From contig NC_092671.1 of the NCBI RefSeq assembly GCF_964355755.1, positions 16,244,001-16,308,000 of the forward strand: 64,000 nucleotides of DNA. The letters are read 5' to 3'. Position 1 is the stretch's first letter, and each line of letters starts with the position of its first letter. Below, piece by piece: positions 12,867-25,400 of this stretch. A model generated the notes under the pieces. The model was not told where the DNA came from and searched no databases. It saw nothing but the letters and a program-made list of their open reading frames with translations. Both the position numbers and the translations under genes were made by a program. The stretch comes from Antedon mediterranea (Eukaryota; Animalia; Echinodermata).

Positions 12867-15800
12867 GTAAGTTGTACTTTCCATTTACTAGTTTAGGTTG
12901 TGTTATAATCATTTCCATTCAATCCTGTGAAATAAGCTCCGCGTTACTTTAGTTGCTTCTTCTCTAAACGATCCTTAGTGTGCTGTTTTGTAGCACATTA
13001 AATTTAAGATTGTTTAAGTTGTTATAGGCCTATTATTGGGACTGTCCCCTGTTGGTTGTTCAATACGAAATTAAAGCAAAACAAAAAATCAAAACAATAA
13101 ACGCCGAACCGAAAATGTCATGTAGGTAGGCCTATACTGTATAATATTTTGTATTCGATGTCACACTGTATATACTTTTTATAATAGTAATTTTTTAATA
13201 ATGTTTATAAATAAATAAATATCTTGTTTTGCGTTTGCTGAAATTGTTGTATTGAATAGTTTTTTCTTAGTTAATATAGACAGTTTGAAGTAAGCGTTTT
13301 GTTGAAAAACTTTCACTCGATAACATAAAGCGAACCAACCGTTTTTAAATCTTTAAAAAAAATGTCATCAATGATTCGAGTTTATATACACTCTGCTCCT
13401 GTATATTTGAAGACCACATTATTTATTCCTATTTCAAAAAAGTTGCGATAAAACTCTAAATTTAATTTACTGTATTTTATTAAATCAATAAGAGCATACC
13501 CTTCCAACTGTACCTAAAGTTAATACAGAGACTCTTTTTAAACCATACATTGTCATGGTATGAATTTGTTCATCAATGTACCGTTATTTTAAACATTTAG
13601 ATAATTTTACTATTTTATAGAAAAATTATCATTACACAGTAGCTTCATTAGCTAAAAAACTCAATACAAGTGCACCATATGCTAGCCTAATATTCTAATA
13701 TAATTTTAAATTTCTGTAGGCCTATGGTTTTTGCTTTTTGTTTTGACATTTTTTAGATATTAGTCATTCGATTATTGTTTTGTTTTCCATTTTCCCATTC
13801 TGTGAGTTACTTAATTGTACTGCGTATAATGGATGTCCATTTAATATATTCTGATTTTGTATTATTGGCCAAGTCTTCTAACCTTTAATTACTAAACTAA
13901 GTAATCACAAGTAAACATTAACTTAAAATAGATAATTTACGCAGAGCTCGTGTAGAAAATTAAACTGAAAACACTTTATTGATTGTACCTTGGGGACGCA
14001 ATAAAAGAAACTAAAATAAGGAATAGGAGTAATAGATTGAAATTATTATCAGTATTCTGGTAAATACTATCATTTTGTTTTTCTTTCGGAGAAAAAACTG
14101 CAATCCAAAAGTCCCTTAGTTAGTTGTATTGGTACTGCGCGACCTCTTGATTGAAAAATTCTTATACGGTATCATGTCTAGCGACTATAAACAGCTCCTG
14201 CAGTTTCTTGTATGTTGACTACAATCTTTCTTCCATATGGTTTACTTTCTCCTGACACTAACATTGCCTTTGCAGCGCTTGTTAATAAATGGTTAGAGCT
14301 TAAGCCTCCAAACCTTTTGAGTTATCCTTGCTTATTTGTATGATAAAGTACGTTTATTGATCTATAATTTTAACCTCTAATGTCAAATTAAAGATAAGTT
14401 ACCACAGGCAGTATAGAAGGAAGTGAGTTCAGGTTGGAAATCGCGTCTGTCTTAATATATAATTTAATATATGAGTTAATACCTTTAAAATAAAGACTTA
14501 ATGCTTGCTTTTTAAATTCGAAATTTCGAAATAAATATATAATATCCCGTCATTTCAAGCACCAAGCACTTAGTGAGTGTCAGTAGTGTAGGCATTTAAT
14601 AACGGTATCTCAACAAGCACCATCAGGCATCCGCTTAAAAAATGTCCCATTCCTAAAACTTTCTTTTAAAAACTAATATCGTTATGTTTTGTTAGAAACT
14701 ACCGGTATTCAAACCGATATTTAAAAAAAGAGACAATGCCTTTGTCTGAAATTCTGTTTGCTCTAATGTAGGCTTAACATGTTCCGAAGTCATCATTTAT
14801 TTTCATTGAATGATATTTCCTGAAAGATTGACCTGTTAAGATACGGAATAAAGAAGCAAATAAAGAGCCATTATCTCGACTGAAAGACGAGTAAGGATTA
14901 TCCTTAATAGGAACAGTGTAATAGTTCATGATGAGAGATTATTAGCACTACTTATATGATCATGAACAGAATACCAAATGACTATAAACGGAGTATAATT
15001 GTCGAGTACGCGATATATTCTGAAAACGTTGAATTTATTTGCTTTAACTACATCCTTATAGATTATTATTTTGCCGTGATAGGAAACATTAATTTGTCAA
15101 GAGAACGCCAGTAGCTTGTTATGTATCATAAATATAAATGATTTTATAGAAAACCTTTAATTGTTTAATATAACATATTTCAGAGCCTCGGGTGTTTCCA
15201 TCGTTTTAACTCGACGTTTTGATTTACATGCCATTATTTTCGCTTGCCAACCGTCATGATTGGTGCATCTTGAGATTGACAAGACTGACAAACCCTTTCA
15301 AAGCTACACATACTTAGTGCAAATTACGTTATCTTTATGAGAGAATAAGGATAATTTTGTTTTGGTTAAATAGTCTGCGATTTCATGTTAAAGCTCAGGA
15401 TAGATTTTCATTAAACATGAGTGAACAGTCAGGATCAAAATGATAGAGAGAAATGGGCAACAGTCGTCTCAATAAATTAAATTGTGTATGGAATCATAAC
15501 ATACGGTTTAGGGAGACAATTTCCCTATCTTGATACATAAGTGCTTTCTCAATGTTTATGTTGTAAAGCTCATTTCCTAGCATATTTATTAATTTTATTA
15601 TATTAATTATTAAGTAAAATTTTCAAAAAGTGTTTTGAAATATTTCAAAATCTACTCAAATAATATTAGATTAGTTTTTGGGAGTTTAGAAAACAACGGA
15701 AAGGGTGGGCCCAGTGTTCCCATCACCATAGTGTTACATAATACTAAGCTTGGCCCCAATTGTAGAAGGTAAAAAAAATACCATTTTAAGTTTTCAGGTA

Positions 15801-16245
15801 AAACATACAAAATTAAAATCTAATGTGTACAAATTTACCCAATAGGAGCAAGAGTGTCTTTCTGCAATTTTGTACATGGTTTTAGTTTTAACACATTGGT
15901 ACACACTACTGTACGGTACATCACATACAAACACATAGTATTATCCGCTTTGTTAAAATTTTTTCCCAACTGGTTGATACTTAGTAACGTCATCGCGATT
16001 CACCATTTCCCTCTGTTGCTTGATACCTTTGAGTTAGTAATTCGAGGGAAGAGTACAATTACACATCTCTACAATCTATCAAAATCCACCCATTTTAAAT
16101 TATCATATCAACTTTCATAGCTTAGATATTATTCTGGTTTGAATTAAAACCTGTAAAGTATACTGTTTAGATCATTACTGTTTTACATTACATACCGAAT
16201 TGCGCCCTCTATAATTAACATTGGGAAGTTTTATTTTTTCGATAG

Positions 16246-16488
16246 AATGTTGTCTACGACTTAGATTGATCGCCCTCACATTGCTTCTAGGAGCGACGTT
16301 ATGCAACTGTCTATTAAACGGCAAGCACCAGATAAGAATTGGAAAAAAGTCATGGCCTGCTGCTAACGAAAGGATAGACCATTACGACTTGGACAGTGAT
16401 GGATTCATATCTGAAAACGAACTCGGGTATCTCCAAATTATGAGCAAAGATCCACTTACCGTCTTTTTTAGGAAAACAGACTTAAATG
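16246..16488 (+). CDS. Exon 2 of secreted precursor: signal peptide, amidated-peptide motif, EF-hand 1 and start of EF-hand 2
   Basis: Acceptor ttattttttcgatAG; encodes (E)CCLRLRLIALTLLLGATLCNC-LLNGKHQIRI-GKK-SWPAANERIDHY-DLDSDGFISENE-LGYLQIMSKDPLTVFFRKT-DLN(G); donor G|GTTAGA at 16489. DLDSDGFISENE is a canonical 12-residue EF-hand loop. Confidence 0.88.
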
Positions 16489-16510
16489 GTTAGACAATGT
16501 TTAATTATTA

Positions 16511-16988
16511 AGCTTGGTTTCTACTAAAGACAGAACGCAAGGATGTAGACGCATTGCAAGCGAGTTGACCGAGTTCGAATAACTCATGGCTTGTGATTGG
16601 TTAAATCATTTACGTTGCGCCTACTACTGTACCATGCTTTGTGTCTACTTGTGATAACAAACTACAACGTAAGGTTAATTCATTGCATGCGGGAATACGG
16701 TTTTTGTCGATCCTTACACAGTTTTTATGGTTTTTAGGTCCAGGCGGCAACCGACAACACCTGTATGTTGTCGGTCGTCCCAAATCGAACGCTTCATATT
16801 AACAACTTCAATATTATTTAATAACAATGAATTAACATTACGTAGTTTGTTCTCACAAGTAGACACAACGCATGGTAGTAGGCGCAACATAAATGATTTG
16901 ACCAATCACAAGCGATGAATTATTCGAACTGTCACTTCTGATTGGTCACCCCCCTTGCATTGCGTCTACATCCTACATCTAGTAAAAC
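16511..16988. mobile_element. Long inverted-repeat (foldback/MITE) element inside intron 2
   Basis: About 16515-16685 is an imperfect reverse complement of about 16825-16988 (e.g. GGATGTAGACGCATTGCAAG / CTTGCATTGCGTCTACATCC; GTGTCTACTTGTGA / TCACAAGTAGACAC); termini related to the 3639 family. Confidence 0.8.
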
Positions 16989-17133
16989 ATATATTTCCAG
17001 TACTTACCGTACACCGTCGCCATAAATTATGTACTGTATGTATTTTGTTTAGCATTTGAGTCTGAAATAGTTTAACAATTTAGTACAGTTTAGTTTCAAT
17101 TAATGTTTTCATTCATTTTAAAATTCTTTTTAG

Positions 17134-17189
17134 GAGATGGTTTGCTAGACCAGAATGAATTAAGAAGGAAACTGAGCAAGCTAGAATAA
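17134..17189 (+). CDS. Exon 3 (last coding) completing EF-hand 2
   Basis: Acceptor ttctttttAG; the phase-1 join gives DLNG-DGLLDQNE-LRRKLSKLE*, a second canonical EF-hand loop (DLNGDGLLDQNE) formed across the splice junction. AATAAA at 17451 and near 17498. Confidence 0.88.
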
Positions 17190-18659
17190 GGACGATCGCC
17201 CTCTGTTGTCGTCGCTTCAGTTTCTGTACTCATGGAAAAACACAATTGATTTACATAAAAAAACCAAAGACTTGTCAAACGTTGGGGACTAGCTAATTAC
17301 AATTGCTGTATCCATTTGTGAATACAGTACTCGTTTTCATACAGGGAATTACACTGATATCTGTAATAAGTTAATAACGTTGTCTGTTTAAATACCAATT
17401 TCAGTTATCAAACAATTTTTATTTTAAAATCTCCATAAATGCTTTGAAGTAATAAAGTGTTAAATTATGTTCCAGCATGAAGTTATTTTTTTCTCTGAAT
17501 AAATACAATAAATAGCTTGTACTTATATTGTAATAATTTTCTTGTAACTGTTTTGCCATTTCTGTCTTTTTGTGTTCGTTTGTTTTGTCTTTTGTTATTA
17601 AGTATACATTCATTCAATTGGTTGTGCTTATTGTCTTGTGCTTACAATCTAATATAGAAATATTAGATTGTTATATACTATGCTTTTAAAACAGCTATAT
17701 TCAGATTAGGAAATTTGTAATTGACAGTAGGCCTAGGTGCAGGAAAAACAACATTCACCTTACTATTTCAATTACTTATTTATTTGACCAATAACAAAAA
17801 ACACCATGTAGATTAGAAAGTGCAAATTAGTTCCGTAAGCATATCTATGGCCTAAAATACCTAGCAATGTAACGTAGGTTTGATGACGAAGGGCCCCACC
17901 CTATTTACACAGACCAAATGTGCATATTAGAACGCTTCTCATTGGATAACAAAATACCTTTCACGGACTATGACGTTTACAATCGTCGCCTGTAATAATT
18001 GCTTTCACCCGCAGAGAGCGAAAGTCGTAAACGTAGCCTAGTCATCTTAGGCCAATACTTTGTGACAAACAATGAACTTTCGGCTCTGACAAGCAATGAA
18101 GCGTGACGGGAGGTGAAATTGCTGCCCAGAATATAAATAGCTTCTACGCGTGCGAACAAAAGCGACCAAAACCAATATAAAACTTTGTATAGGCCCATAC
18201 AGAGTAGTCGATTTGTTTATTATATTTTGAGGTAGATGGAATGCAAATATAAATCATACATGTTGACTGTGATTACAAGGTTGAAATAATAGAGAATGGG
18301 ATTTGGACGTAGTCGTATTGGTTGTCGCAAATATACAGTATTTCATTTATTTTAGGACCCGTGATGTGAGCGGTTATTATTTGATAAACATGATATATTA
18401 TTATTATCTGTACCTAGTATATTTAGAAGAAAAAGAAAGAAGTTTTGATAGCCGTCAAGTGTTTTTTTCTCAATTGAACCAATTTTCCTTTAGATATTTG
18501 ATCCTTCCAATTTGAAAATTCTGTTATTTAATTGAAGTTCCTTGTGTTTCTATCAATAAATGAGAGTTACCCGGCTTATTCAAATTTACACTCTTTGTTG
18601 AATGTTCTATTTGAAATTCTACCATGATTTGTACGGTGGTGTTTGCCTTCTTGTTTAAA

Positions 18660-18800
18660 TCTTTGTTCCCACGCAACGCAAGGACGTAAGCGCAACCTAA
18701 GTCATTTGACCAATCACAAATCAATGAGTTACCCGATCTGTCGCTTTGGCATTGGTCAACTCGCTTTTGCACATAAGCTTTGGTGTTGTGAACCAAGTTT
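18660..18800. mobile_element. MITE copy (3639 family)
   Basis: Shares GTTCCCAC..GCAACGCAAGGACGTAAGCGCAACC..TTGACCAATCACA core and inverted GAACCAAG terminus. Confidence 0.65.
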
Positions 18801-20168
18801 AAAGCATTTAAAGTATGAACAAGTTGGTGGGTGAGATGTGGGTGACCATTTGAATAAAATACATGCCATGAAAACCCCGAAATCAAAGAAAACAATAGAT
18901 CATTGGAGGGAAAAATCACATGAATGTGAATCGTCATGAATAATAATTACTGTAAGTGTACACCGTATCTGACGAGTTTATTTACATGACATACTTTTTT
19001 TTTTACATCTTGCTCTTCTGAGGTGTCCGATAAAGTCAACATGTTAATCCATTAACATGTATTTATACCTCACGGGTTAACAAAATGCAAACAGACAATC
19101 TATCGACTAACAAGCATGGCTAATAAGTGACGTCGGCCATAAATATTATGTATAAAAGTAGGTTTACAGTATTCGACATTAAAAAAAAAATATTATGGTA
19201 AATCGATATATTTAAAAGTAATAAATTCCACTACTTGTGTGATCAGCATATATGCCATTGTGGAACAATGTAAACATGTTAATGCCTATTTGTTTAGGAG
19301 TATTCGACGAGGTTGAATTATAATTAAATTAGGTGGAACATTCAATAGCATTGTTTAAAAATGACAGTTGAATTGTATTTGTTTAATTTTCATCTGCAGA
19401 GGACAGTGATAATGTAGACATAACAGTATATGCTTTATATATGTTTTACACAATTCAGTTTGCAAAGTAGTTGCTGATTCTGTTTTTAACATCGCGCCCT
19501 CTTTAATTCTTTGCTGTTGACGTCATGACTTACGTATCATCGTATTCTATGTCCTACTGATGTTTCAACCGATATTGGCATAACATTTTTTAGAGGTTCT
19601 CGTAGCAAATGTTGACAATTTTTTCAATCATAACTGTCACATATAATTTATTTGATATGTTATTTAATTGATCGTACCATATCATGTTTAGTTCAATATC
19701 GCTCAAGCTTAGTAATGGTGACATAATATAAGATTATTTGTGACATAAATTTGAAACACGAAAATATTATTCTATTGTATGTACAGAAACATAAGAAGGC
19801 TACGTGTCATCCAAACTTATAATAATAAATAATAACATACCAGTTAGGTGTGACCTCTTATCTTATGCTCATCGTATAGCAATAGCAAAGAAGAACTGAC
19901 TGCTAAATTTATATTTATAGCCTACTTCAACGGATACGAGGATTAAGGACTGCGTTCCAGTTGAATATTTATTTTATTATACAATAATGAATGGGTTTGA
20001 ACGAATTTCAGAACGTTATGGGGTGTTATGACACGTTTTTTGTTTTCCATTTCCATTTTTTGCAACGGAATGCGTTCACTGTTCTTCCACTTTTTCTATA
20101 ATGTTTTAAAAAAAATAGTGGTAAAAAGTATGGTGATCTAGTTATGACAAATTTCGTACATTAGTAGT

Positions 20169-20541
20169 GGTTTGGGCAGGGAAGAGTGAATCCCTGGTTT
20201 AGTAAAGCTGTTGGGTTCCAATAGAACTGTTGGAATGTAGGCATATAAGTGTAGATATGAAGTAACAACGTTTATTCCAGTTAGCCTCAATATTGTTGAA
20301 AGTAATTTTTACAAAATGTGTATTGTATTATTATTTTGTATAAATTATTTTTTGTTGACACTATCAACGGTTTGGGCAAGAAAAAGTGAATCCCTGGTTT
20401 TGTTAAAGCTGTTGGGTTCCAATTGAACTGTTGGAATGTAGGCCTATCATAGACATGAAATAACAACTTTCTTCAGATTAGTCTCAAGGTTGTTGAAAGT
20501 ACTTTTTACAAAATGTGTATTTTATTATTATTTTGTATAAT
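20169..20541 (+). repeat. Diverged tandem duplication, ~200 bp unit
   Basis: GGTTTGGGCA(G/A)G..AGTGAATCCCTGGTTT...TTTTACAAAATGTGTATT occurs from 20169 and again from 20369. Confidence 0.9.
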
Positions 20542-21307
20542 TCATAGAAACAAACTCTCCCAAATGGATTTGCTTGTTGACACTATAACCGGTCACACAG
20601 TACCAGCAATCTATTTTTGTATTCATAAGCAATAGTTGAACAAAAGTAATTTAATAATACATATTGATTGTATTAGTGTACAAGTCCCCATAGGTAGATC
20701 TGTTGTGTTTCATAATTCTAGGAAATCGAATCAAAACCACATGGATTTCCCCTGGTTTAACTTTAACCCGATACATGACATACCATAACAATTGATTTGT
20801 GCTAAGATAACGTTTCAACAAGCAAAGAAAATTAGAAAAGACGATGATCTATAACTTGCCTTAGGCACTGTTGATGGAACATCTGCTTGTTCAGTTTGGA
20901 CATACGAAATGTAGATGCAAAATCAATTCATCCTTCACATACATTGATGAAACCGTTAATAACAAAATAAAATTAGTATCGTGCAAAACAATCACAAGCT
21001 TCCAAAGCCCTTGTTTTCGAATAAACATGAATTTTTTTTTTGTAATTTAAAAGAACAATGATCAAGTAAATTTCTTTTTTAACACTGCTCATTAAATGTC
21101 ACACTATTAATATAATACTATAACTACTTTCTGTAAACCCCTTTATTTTTGTTTAAGCTCCCAAAGCGTTTTAAATAATTATAATTAATTATATAATAGT
21201 AAAAACTTTGCCGGTCTTTGTACATAAATTAGGTGTCAAACCATTGCATTTATGTACAAAGAATTAACCTGACTACAATTCGCTAATGCAAACGGTTTCC
21301 ATCGAGC

Positions 21308-21370
21308 CGTCTGTGTAGATGAATGGTTTAGACTACTGGCTTTGCATGCTGATGTAGGGTTCGAATCCTA
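21308..21370 (+). repeat. Degenerate tRNA-derived (SINE head) fragment
   Basis: A-box-like TAGATGAATGG and B box GGTTCGAATCC at tRNA-like spacing, but no intact cloverleaf. Confidence 0.4.
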
Positions 21371-22130
21371 TGAACAACTTATTTTTACTGCATAGTGAGA
21401 GAGATTTTTCAGTTATATGTTGGAAGTCGTCCGTCTTGTATTTATTTTAATTTATGTACGAAAAAATATAATCGCTGGCCGGTCAACGACAGTAATAACG
21501 TTTAATAGTGATACATAAAACTGAAAAAAGTGGGGTAAGCAATTATGATTATAAATATACATTGATCTTGATTAATTTTTTTTAATTTTTAGGAATTATC
21601 GACATACACGGGCCCGGGAACAAAAATATTCTTTTTGTAGGTAAGCGATGCAGAAAACAAGAATTAGAAGAAGAATTGTCGTCTATCTATATCTGTTCTG
21701 AATAGTTTATTCAGGAAAAACGCGTTAATAGTTTGATAAGATGTAATGGATTATGCAAATTCAGTTTAATTTAAGAATACTGTACTCCAAGGAATATGTT
21801 ATGTAAAACTACTTGAGGGGGTTTCTATTAGATTTAAAGTCATGAATATAAATCTGTTTCTCTTATCTTTTAATCATACTGAATTAGTGATAGTTACACG
21901 TGCGCTTCACAATCAATAACAAAAACGTAAGTTTCACCTATGTAGTTGATCCATTATTTTGTTGATCCATTATTTGGTTTATTTGGAACCATCAGTTGTC
22001 ATTTTCGTTCTTCTTGTCGGAAGATATTTTAGAATATCGATACAAAGTGTTTTAGGCACATATGTGATAATATATTAGTGTTTATTTGAGGATCTGTGTT
22101 TGATTTCTGATTTATACTTCAAATATATAT

Positions 22131-22426
22131 GAGCGAGTGAGTGGCCGAGCGGTTAAGACAGTGGAACCGTAATACGTAGCCATAACATCGGCAAGGTTTC
22201 GAGGCTCACTCGCTTCATGGTTCTGGTGGTAGAACAAGTCTTCTCGGATAAGGGGTCCAGGTCCAGTGTACACTGGCTCATGTGAACTTTAAAGAACCTA
22301 GTACATCTTTCGAGACCTGTAGGGGATTACCCCGATGTACTAGTTCACACACAGCCACTGTCGCAAATCATAATAAGGGAGAACAGTCTTAGACTGAAGA
22401 GGCTACCCAGTATAAAGAATAAATAA
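22131..22426 (+). mobile_element. tRNA-derived SINE
   Basis: A box TGGCCGAGCGG, degenerate B box GGTTTCGAGGC, closing stem AGCGAGTGAG/CTCACTCGCT, ~200 bp body, AATAAATAA-type tail. Confidence 0.75.
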
Positions 22427-25400
22427 TTTTAAAAAATATGATAAAAGTCAAAGTTGCGCTACATCAGGTGGAATAGAATCCGGAGATGAGAGCGCGTCTA
22501 TTTTACTTAGTCGCTCATACTTTTTGTGGTTAATTTCTACGTCATTTTGTTACTTCTGTGGATGATCTTGGAGTTCGCAGGGAGGAGGTACGGTACTTTC
22601 TTACATAGTAGGTAAGCTAAATGAATCTGATGAATAGCGCCTCCTATTGACAATATCCATAACCGTAGCGCCTCCTATTATTATTTTCTTCTTAACCGGC
22701 CAATTCACCCATAGACATACATCAACAGTTTATATAACGACTAGTATTGAATCTTAATATAGTTCGCAGTGTTTCATAATCAATTTAATAATGATTAATT
22801 TATTTGTTGTATTTTTATCTTCGTTGTGTCACACTGAACGTTAAACTATTGACCTATACCTTGAATGTGAACATCCTAAATGAATGCCGTGGGTGTGCGG
22901 TTGCGGCTATAATATAATTGCATTGCGTTTAAATTAAGTTTTTCAACTGTAATTAATAAAATTATTGGCAGTGTTAGGTCCAAGCACCACCATTGACCTT
23001 AAAGCACCAGTCTTTTTTTTGGCATGTTTTTTTTTGTATTTGTGTTTCCAATGGCGATGGATATTGTACGAAATCTAGAACGTTTGGAAGATTGTCAAGT
23101 CAATCATTGATGTCTATTAGTTAGTTTTCAGTAACGTAACCGTAATTAGATTATTTGTGTGTGTGTGAAATCAAAATGGAATATAGGAATTAATTTGATT
23201 ATTTCTGTGCAAGTGGTATATTGAATGCTTGTGCCATAACGATGATATTTATGGAACGTTTATCAAATAAAACTAGAATGATTGTAGTTTATTTTAATTA
23301 TAGAAATGAACTTTAAATCGTGAAAACAAGTAATGATTGTTGAATATGAAATAATCGCACATGCGCACAAAATGCCAAAGGGAGGGGCGGAATGATATCA
23401 TAGTGCAAAGTTTTAGAACTTTGTACCAAAAGGTTTGAAATGTGACGACAGTAAGAAGTTCATTCCTCTTCAGTTTTATTAATCCGTGTTCGCTATTTTA
23501 CCCGTACGTATCATGTCTACAGAAATAAACAGTCTGCATTGTCTTAGTATGATATTATTCAGAGGGTTATATGTGTTGGTTAATACATTGTGTGTTATGT
23601 GTTATGGACGAGCCTGAGTCAATAGAGTTGAATGTATTGTACAGTAGTTAACCTACCCTATATGATGCGGTTGTGGTGTGTCTATTGTTTTTTTTCCAAT
23701 GTACAGATTTAGTTTACATCACCTTATTGTTTTGGGGGCCAGTACGTCTTGTTTAAAGCTAGTTCCGAATTGACCATTAGATGAACCTATAGCACCGGTT
23801 ATGTGAATGTTTATACATGAGCATGAATCCACCTCTTGGGAGGATGTTGATTGATATTGATAATCAAACTTATGTATTATCTAATTTCCAAGTAGGTTAT
23901 TATCATTTATATACTTTCATATAAATGTATTGTATAATTTAATCAGTTACCGCTGTATATCGACACACAAGTTTGAGGCCACGGAGATATCTCCTTCGCC
24001 AAATTACACACTAATTTAAATTATTTTAGTATTATACTACGTAGTAACTGAATTGATAGTTTATACAATCATTCCTCATTAAAATGGTTTTTGATTTTGA
24101 TTTGACAAGCATCGATGAACCACGTTCGTTATACGTGCGTTAATAGTGGTTGTTTTGCGTTACATCTCAGATGTGTAACGCAAAACGACCACTATCGACA
24201 ATAAACGCAATTTGACTCGGTGCGTTAAAGATTTCCATTAGAAAAGCGATCAAGTCCAATTAAGTTTTCTTCATTAACTTATCAATTTTGATCATCATAT
24301 ATTTTAATGCTACAAAAATAAGTTTTTATATCCTGAATGATCTTTTCGTTATTGATTTCAGTTTTCAGTTAAAATATTTTAACTTGGAATACACTTCAAC
24401 TAAATATACTGATGAAATAAAATAGAATATTTCAACGTACTGTATGTAATAATCAATTAAAATGTTTATGTTACAGCATAGAAGGCTAAACAAAACAGTG
24501 TACCTCTTCAATTTTACAATTTGTTCTTTTTTTCAAATGACGATACAACAAACAGCTTCTTTTCTTGTCATTTCTTTTTATTCATATGAACATTTTGAAC
24601 TTAACATCATCGAAAATCTTATTGTGTTCCTAACCACTTGAGTTTTATTAAATCGAAACACGATTTACAAATGTCTAAAGTTTTTCCTTAACGCTAAGAA
24701 TAAAAATATATGGTAAAAGCAAAGTATTCATAGTGTGTTTGTACATATCGGACAGAGACGGCCGGGTATTTTCTCAAGCACTACTTAGAACTGTGCTTAC
24801 TTTCCATAACACTGCAAAGGTTACCTGAAACTCGAGCATATTGATATGAAGGACGCCACCAATCATTAGCAACAATAACAATATCCATCCAACATTTCAA
24901 AGAACAGATATACGTAGATTTGTACATTAGCAATCGCACAACAGATATAAATATCTTATTAATCTAGGAAATAATATTATAATTAATTTTTTGTTGAAAC
25001 TAGTCAAAACATACACATCTTCACCATAACATATACCGATTCACAATATTTTGAATTTATTGTTCATCGTATAAGCATTGTTGTCTTTAAAATAATATTC
25101 TAGTAGATAAAATGACACGTACTTTTGAGATCTAACCAAATGAATAAATTGTTGTTGAATTGATAGAATAATTTGAGAAACGTTTTGCTATTATTCGATA
25201 CTATCGATTAATTAAGCTAAGTGTTAAGATGTGACGTTCATCGTTTATTAACTTTAGACCATGTTTTTAATAAAATATTATACTCCGTATATTGGCATAA
25301 TTTTAGTTTTTGTAGCCAATTAATTAAGATATACTTTCAAAATATATCACAATCCAATACAATTCTTTACATTGTATTATTTTGCAATAAATTTTAGCAC

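Noticed and set aside
16221-16493. ORF as listed (TTG start, 90 aa, single exon)
   Set aside because: The first 25 nt are polypyrimidine tract and acceptor, and the stop lies in the next intron; the spliced model completes a second EF-hand.
18524-18937. 137 aa ORF
   Set aside because: Overlaps a MITE copy; no recognisable domain or exon boundaries.
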